Positions 60,118-64,000 of a stretch of DNA of 64,000 bases are shown here, in pieces. Each line of letters begins with the position of its first letter. Within the stretch, counting starts at the first letter, position 1. The notes beneath the pieces are model-generated. The model was not told the DNA's origin. It saw only the letters and a program-made list of their open reading frames with translations, and did not search any database. Source of the DNA: an uncultured Phycisphaeraceae bacterium. GTDB taxonomy: Bacteria; Planctomycetota; Phycisphaerae; WQYP01. The stretch lies in the NCBI GenBank assembly GCA_964610975.1, contig CAZSYN010000001.1, positions 177,065 through 241,064 on the forward strand. Direction: 5' to 3'. Both the position numbers and the translations under genes were made by a program.

Positions 60118-61548
60118 TTATTTCGTGATGATTTCCCACGCGTCTTTGAGTGCATCACGCAGGCCGTAAAGGTCCATTGCGGTTATCAATACAACGCTGG
60201 CCCACCCGGCAATAAGCAGGAACAAACCATTTTTCCACTTACCCATCCGTTTGCTTGAGCTTGTAAACTGCATCAGCGGAATCATCGCGAACGGCAACTG
60301 CATGGCCAGCACAACCTGGCTGAGCACCAGCAAATCGTTAACGCTGCCATCTCCGCGAACGCCGATGATCACAATAGCCGGGATAATCGCCACCAGTCGC
60401 GTGATCAGCCGCCTTAGCCAGGGGCTGATGCGCCAATGCATAAATCCTTCCATCACAACCTGGCCGGCCAGCGTTCCGGTAATTGTGCTGCTTTGTCCGC
60501 TTGCCAGCAGCGCCACGCCAAAAAGCACGCTTGCCGAAAATGTCCCCAGCAATGGCGCCAGCGTCAGGTATGCCGCGCGGATCCAGTCGGTATCCTGATT
60601 AAAATGAACCACGCTGCCGTCGGCCGCCACAACACTTTCTTTGCCATGGAAAAACATGGCCGCCAGGACCAGAATGGCGGCGTTAACAAGAAAGGCCAGC
60701 GCCAGCGCGACGATTGAATCAAGTGTGTTAAATCGTATCGCCTGCTTAATTGCAGTGTCATGACGCTCAATTTTTCTGCTTTGAACCACGGCCGAGTGCA
60801 GGTAAAGGTTGTGCGGCATCACCGTGGCGCCGATGATTCCGATGGCAACCGTGGCCATACCCACCTGGCTCAAGCTCGGCTGAAACATCGCGCCGGTCAG
60901 CTCAAGCAGATCAGGTCGCATCTGCGGCAGCACGAACAGTTCAAGGAAATAGCAAAACCCGATGGTCGTCACCAGTACCAGAATGACAGCCTCAATGGTG
61001 CGCATGCCAAAACGCTGCAAAGCCAGCAGGATCAGCACATCGGCACCGGTAATGATGACGGCCCAGAATAACGGGATATGAAAAAGAAGATTCAGCGCCA
61101 CGGCGCTGCCAAGAACTTCCGCCATATCGCAGGCGGCAATGGCCGTTTCGCAAAATAACCAATTCGGCCAGCGCGTCCACTTGGGGTACCAGTCGCGCGA
61201 GCATTGCGCCAGATCTTTTCCCGTCACCACGCCAAGCCGCGCGGATATCACCTGTAGCACCATCGCCATGATGCTTGCCAGCCCTACCACCCACAGCAGA
61301 CCGTACTTGTAATGTGCGCCAGCAGCAAGATCAGTGCCCCAGTTTCCCGGGTCCATGTAGCCGACGGAAACGAGTATCGCCGGTCCGGAAAACGCAAGCC
61401 ATTGTCGGAAAAATCCTGATCCGGTTTTCGGTACCGATACGCTGCTATGCATGCCCTCAAGCGAAATTGAGGTGGCATGATGCGGTGTTACGGGCCGATC
61501 ATGGGGTTCTTCAGTTGTTACAAGACAGTCCTGATTCACATTGCTCAC
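60118..61548 (-). CDS. mntH: NRAMP-family divalent metal (Mn2+/Fe2+) transporter.
   Basis: NRAMP signature GYMDPGNWGTD and about 11 TM helices. It has an about 30-aa N-terminal extension relative to E. coli MntH, so the true start may be downstream (MHSS). Confidence 0.9.
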   Translation of the reverse strand: MSNVNQDCLVTTEEPHDRPVTPHHATSISLEGMHSSVSVPKTGSGFFRQWLAFSGPAILVSVGYMDPGNWGTDLAAGAHYKYGLLWVVGLASIMAMVLQVISARLGVVTGKDLAQCSRDWYPKWTRWPNWLFCETAIAACDMAEVLGSAVALNLLFHIPLFWAVIITGADVLILLALQRFGMRTIEAVILVLVTTIGFCYFLELFVLPQMRPDLLELTGAMFQPSLSQVGMATVAIGIIGATVMPHNLYLHSAVVQSRKIERHDTAIKQAIRFNTLDSIVALALAFLVNAAILVLAAMFFHGKESVVAADGSVVHFNQDTDWIRAAYLTLAPLLGTFSASVLFGVALLASGQSSTITGTLAGQVVMEGFMHWRISPWLRRLITRLVAIIPAIVIIGVRGDGSVNDLLVLSQVVLAMQLPFAMIPLMQFTSSSKRMGKWKNGLFLLIAGWASVVLITAMDLYGLRDALKDAWEIITK

Positions 61549-61569
61549 AAATACGATCCTTCTTTAATT

Positions 61570-61614
61570 TGATTTTGATTATACAAAGAATATTATTTTG
61601 AGCAATCAAAATCA
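61570..61614. promoter_or_regulatory. Perfect 11-bp inverted repeat TGATTTTGATT-N23-AATCAAAATCA immediately upstream of mntH; candidate metalloregulator (Fur/Mur/MntR-type) operator.
   Basis: The exact palindrome sits 20-70 nt upstream of the mntH start in an AT-rich promoter region. It loosely resembles Fur-box GATAAT/ATTATC repeats. Confidence 0.4.
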
Positions 61615-61653
61615 TTCTAAAAAAAAGAACGCGATACATATTCTTATTTGTGA

Positions 61654-62085
61654 TCAAAATGTGGTGATGATTGGTTGTTCATTAAACTGATTGTTGGCGA
61701 GTTGCCATGCACGAGTCGTAACTTTTTGTTGTTTCGTAATTTGTATAATTAAGTATGTCAGGTTTTCCCATGCCAGTTCACGATCTGTTATGCTTGGTTT
61801 GGCCGGGTGATCCGGATGTGAATGATATATCCCGATCAACACCAACTTGTTATGATCTGCAAACTTTTGTGCGGCAAGTACTTCGGCCGGGCTCATTTGG
61901 TAATAATGTGGTTTGTCTTTGGCTGGTGCACTATTGCAAACAGGATACAGTTGCGTTACACAAGAAGATTCGGCGGATACATGGCCTAGTAAAAAACCGC
62001 AAGTTTCGTTTGGGTAATCAGTTATGCATTGGCGAATGATGCTCTGATATACCGCTTTTGGGATAGTTATTTTTACATCAGTCAT
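61654..62085 (-). CDS. JAMM/MPN+ metalloprotease (Mec+/CysO-processing type).
   Basis: JAMM motif E-x(n)-HSHPDHPAKPSITD with the upstream Glu/Cys region (ETCGFLLGH). Confidence 0.8.
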   Translation of the reverse strand: MTDVKITIPKAVYQSIIRQCITDYPNETCGFLLGHVSAESSCVTQLYPVCNSAPAKDKPHYYQMSPAEVLAAQKFADHNKLVLIGIYHSHPDHPAKPSITDRELAWENLTYLIIQITKQQKVTTRAWQLANNQFNEQPIITTF

Positions 62086-62142
62086 TGTGGCCCTTTTCGG
62101 ATGAATATACTATAATTCATACCATATTAATAGGAGAATGGT

Positions 62143-63414
62143 ATGTCGTGCTGCGATCCTCAACAGTCAACATCATGTGGCAACCCCAATGCCGGCGCTG
62201 CGGTATCCGTATTAACGGACGTTCAAAAGAACCGTTACGCGCGCCATATTTCTTTACCGGAAATTGGTGAGGAAGGCCAGAAAAAGCTTTTGAACTCAAA
62301 AGTGCTTGTCATTGGTTGCGGCGGTCTTGGTTCGCCGGTGGCGCTCTATCTTGCGGCCGCGGGAGTCGGCACGCTGGGCCTGGTTGAGTTTGATACGGTT
62401 GATCACAGCAATCTTCAGCGGCAAATTTTGTATACCACAGCGGATGTGGGCCAGAGTAAACTGGATATGGCCGAAAAACGCCTCAAGGCCATGAATCCGG
62501 ACGTCAATATCATCAAATACCGCGGCCGCATTGAATCAAGCAATGCTCTTGAATGGATTGCGCCGTATGACGTGGTGATCAACGGCACGGATAACTTCCC
62601 GACGCGTTATCTGGTGAACGATGCGTGCGTGCTGCTCAAAAAGATTAATATTGATGGCTCAATATTTCGCTTTGAGGGCCTTAATACGGTCTTCGCACCT
62701 CACTTAAAAGAATGGCAAGGCAAGCAGATTCAGAGCGGTTGCTATCGCTGCCAGTTTCCTGAGCCGCCGCCGCCGGATATGGTCCCGAGTTGCGCCGAAG
62801 GCGGCGTCATGGGCGCCATGTGCGGAATCATCGGCGCGATTCAGGCCAACGAAACCATCAAGGTGCTCACCGGCATCGGCACACCGCTTTTCGGCCGACT
62901 TCAGGTGCTCAACGCGCTTGATATGCAATTCAGAACCATGAAATTGCGGCGCGATCCGAAATGCCCGGTCTGCGGCGATCACCCCACAGTCACGCAACTA
63001 ATTGATTATCATCAATTCTGCGGCGCGCCAAAGGCTACGGCCACCAAGCCGATCATGACCGATCACGGCATTGAGCTGAACATCAATCCGGAATGGGAAG
63101 TTCATCCGGTTCAGGTTGGCGAAGCCAAGCATAAAGGCGAAGAGTTCCTGCTGCTTGATGTGCGCCAATTGCGCGAATGGAATACCAGCAAGATTGACGG
63201 CGCAACGCTCATTCCGCTCAACGAACTTGAGCAGCGCATTGATGAGATTGCCGAATGGCGCGACCGCAAAGTTGTGGTGCATTGCCATCATGGCGTGCGC
63301 AGCCTCAACGCCACCGCCCTGCTGCGGCAAAAGGGATTTACCAACACATACTCGCTGGCCGGCGGAATTGAGGCTTGGTCGCAGATGGTTGATCCGGGCG
63401 TACCGCGTTATTAA
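62143..63414 (+). CDS. moeZ: ThiF/MoeB/MoeZ-type E1-like adenylyltransferase with a C-terminal rhodanese domain (sulfur-carrier activating enzyme).
   Basis: Nucleotide-binding GCGGLGS, two CxxC pairs, a C-terminal rhodanese domain with the active-site loop CHHGVRS, and an about 28-aa Cys-containing N-terminal extension. Confidence 0.85.
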   Translation: MSCCDPQQSTSCGNPNAGAAVSVLTDVQKNRYARHISLPEIGEEGQKKLLNSKVLVIGCGGLGSPVALYLAAAGVGTLGLVEFDTVDHSNLQRQILYTTADVGQSKLDMAEKRLKAMNPDVNIIKYRGRIESSNALEWIAPYDVVINGTDNFPTRYLVNDACVLLKKINIDGSIFRFEGLNTVFAPHLKEWQGKQIQSGCYRCQFPEPPPPDMVPSCAEGGVMGAMCGIIGAIQANETIKVLTGIGTPLFGRLQVLNALDMQFRTMKLRRDPKCPVCGDHPTVTQLIDYHQFCGAPKATATKPIMTDHGIELNINPEWEVHPVQVGEAKHKGEEFLLLDVRQLREWNTSKIDGATLIPLNELEQRIDEIAEWRDRKVVVHCHHGVRSLNATALLRQKGFTNTYSLAGGIEAWSQMVDPGVPRY

Positions 63415-63419
63415 CCCGA

Positions 63420-63612
63420 GTTCGTGATAAGCAAGCCCCATTCCCTTTACGGGATGGGGCACAAACCGATCATCGTTAACAATTGCTCATGATCGCAACG
63501 AATCGTTCACGCATGATCACGCACCCAAAAAGCTGTTGATCGCTCGCACATCTATTGTGCCCCGCCCCATGAAGGAGCGGGGCTTGAAATCAACACCACT
63601 TATCCCGAACTC
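63420..63612. repeat. MITE-like 193-bp segment bounded by 14-bp imperfect terminal inverted repeats and containing two GC-rich hairpins.
   Basis: Left GAGTTCGTGATAAG and right CTTATCCCGAACTC arms match 13/14 as an inverted repeat. Internal hairpins GCCCCATTCCC/GGGATGGGGC and GCCCCGC/GCGGGGC. Confidence 0.3.
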
Positions 63613-63648
63613 ATGTTATTCATAAACATCGTGACCGAAATGCAAAAA

Positions 63649-63686
63649 TAAAAATCCCCGGCGCGCAAAGCACCGGGGATTTTTTA
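63649..63686. terminator. Bidirectional intrinsic terminator.
   Basis: ATCCCCGG/CCGGGGAT 8-bp stem flanked by A5 and T6. Confidence 0.45.
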
Positions 63687-63689
63687 TGA

Positions 63690-64000
63690 TCAATAACTGA
63701 TGACGCCAGTATATTTCTTTCCGTTAACACTGATGCTATAACCGCTGCCGGCGCGATCAATCACAACATCATATTCCTTGCCGCGCAGCACACGCTTAAT
63801 CTCAACATGATCCCATGCTTTGGGCAAACAGGGCGCAATCTCAACGCCGGCGTATCCCGGCTTGATTCCGCAGAAATACTCAACCACGGCGCGGAACATC
63901 CATCCGGCAGTGCCTGTGATCCACCCGCTGATAGAATCGCCGGCGCGCCCGTTTGTCGGCCCCAGATATTGATTGGTAAAGGCATACGGCTCACAGCCGG
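63690..64000 (-). CDS. C-terminal part of a gene continuing beyond the window; possibly the C-terminal beta-sandwich of a large glycoside hydrolase.
   Basis: The open frame reaches the window edge. Its C-terminus GIKPGYAGVEIAP...ISVNGKKYTG resembles glycoside hydrolase C-terminal domains; the assignment is weak. Confidence 0.3.
   Translation of the reverse strand, partial: GCEPYAFTNQYLGPTNGRAGDSISGWITGTAGWMFRAVVEYFCGIKPGYAGVEIAPCLPKAWDHVEIKRVLRGKEYDVVIDRAGSGYSISVNGKKYTGVISY

Noticed and set aside
62085-62270. 61-aa ORF in the JAMM/moeZ divergent promoter region, considered as the missing ThiS/CysO-like sulfur carrier.
   Set aside because: It overlaps the moeZ start in another frame, has no GG-containing C-terminus and no ubiquitin-like beta-grasp pattern, and is most likely spurious.
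1-64000. Search for tRNA/tmRNA genes (GGTTCGAATCC-like T-arm motifs), rRNA, and CRISPR direct-repeat arrays.
   Set aside because: No T-arm consensus, no regularly spaced direct repeats with unique spacers and no rRNA-like conserved stretches were seen anywhere in the window.

Overview
Apparent bacterial chromosomal window from a PVC-superphylum organism (Verrucomicrobia / Lentisphaerae / Kiritimatiellia / Planctomycetes-like), about 55-58% GC and densely coding. The lineage call rests on three PEP-CTERM-tailed secreted proteins, two DUF1559 (H-X9-DG) prepilin-like genes and a MoxR/DUF58/BatA-type operon. Recognisable content, in order: a C-terminal gene fragment and a hypothetical gene; nrfH-nrfA (cytochrome c nitrite reductase) on the minus strand; citrate synthase; a PEP-CTERM protein; NADP-malic enzyme. 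Next is an eight-gene minus-strand operon (MoxR AAA+ ATPase, DUF58, two BatA/BatB-like vWA membrane proteins, a 1201-aa transmembrane/coiled-coil protein, a Q/N-rich secreted protein, a prenyltransferase/squalene-oxidase-repeat protein and a secreted hypothetical), then a small wHTH-like gene and a lone dihydrolipoamide acyltransferase E2. Between the E2 gene and rpsB sits a 1.25-kb low-GC (about 42%) insertion carrying a tightly coupled two-gene cassette, a ComF-like phosphoribosyltransferase plus a minimal DprA/SLOG-like Rossmann protein; this is the best candidate for a novel system. After rpsB come an orphan receiver domain, a cysC-PHP phosphatase-cysH sulfate-assimilation operon, and a 14-kb carbohydrate-utilisation locus (DUF1559 pseudopilins, PEP-CTERM/LamG proteins, clan GH-A hydrolases, a PL22-like lyase, a DUF4038/GH140-like hydrolase, a sugar-phosphate isomerase and three regulators). 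The rest is beta-carbonic anhydrase, purQ, an MBL-fold hydrolase, a cobA-hemD fusion, a TPR protein, an MOP flippase-like protein, a lipoprotein, erpA/iscA, SpoIID, a GAF-PP2C phosphatase, a secreted TPR protein, lexA (overlapped by a doubtful upstream ORF), mntH, a divergent JAMM/Mec+ plus MoeZ-type E1-rhodanese pair, and a partial gene at the right edge. Non-coding signals: two copies of an about 75-bp palindromic REP-like element, each just downstream of an intrinsic terminator between convergent genes; several perfect palindromes in promoter regions; and a 193-bp inverted-repeat-flanked MITE-like segment. No tRNA, rRNA, CRISPR array, transposase or integrase was recognised. All functional calls come from reading the translated ORFs and motifs by eye; no database search was run.
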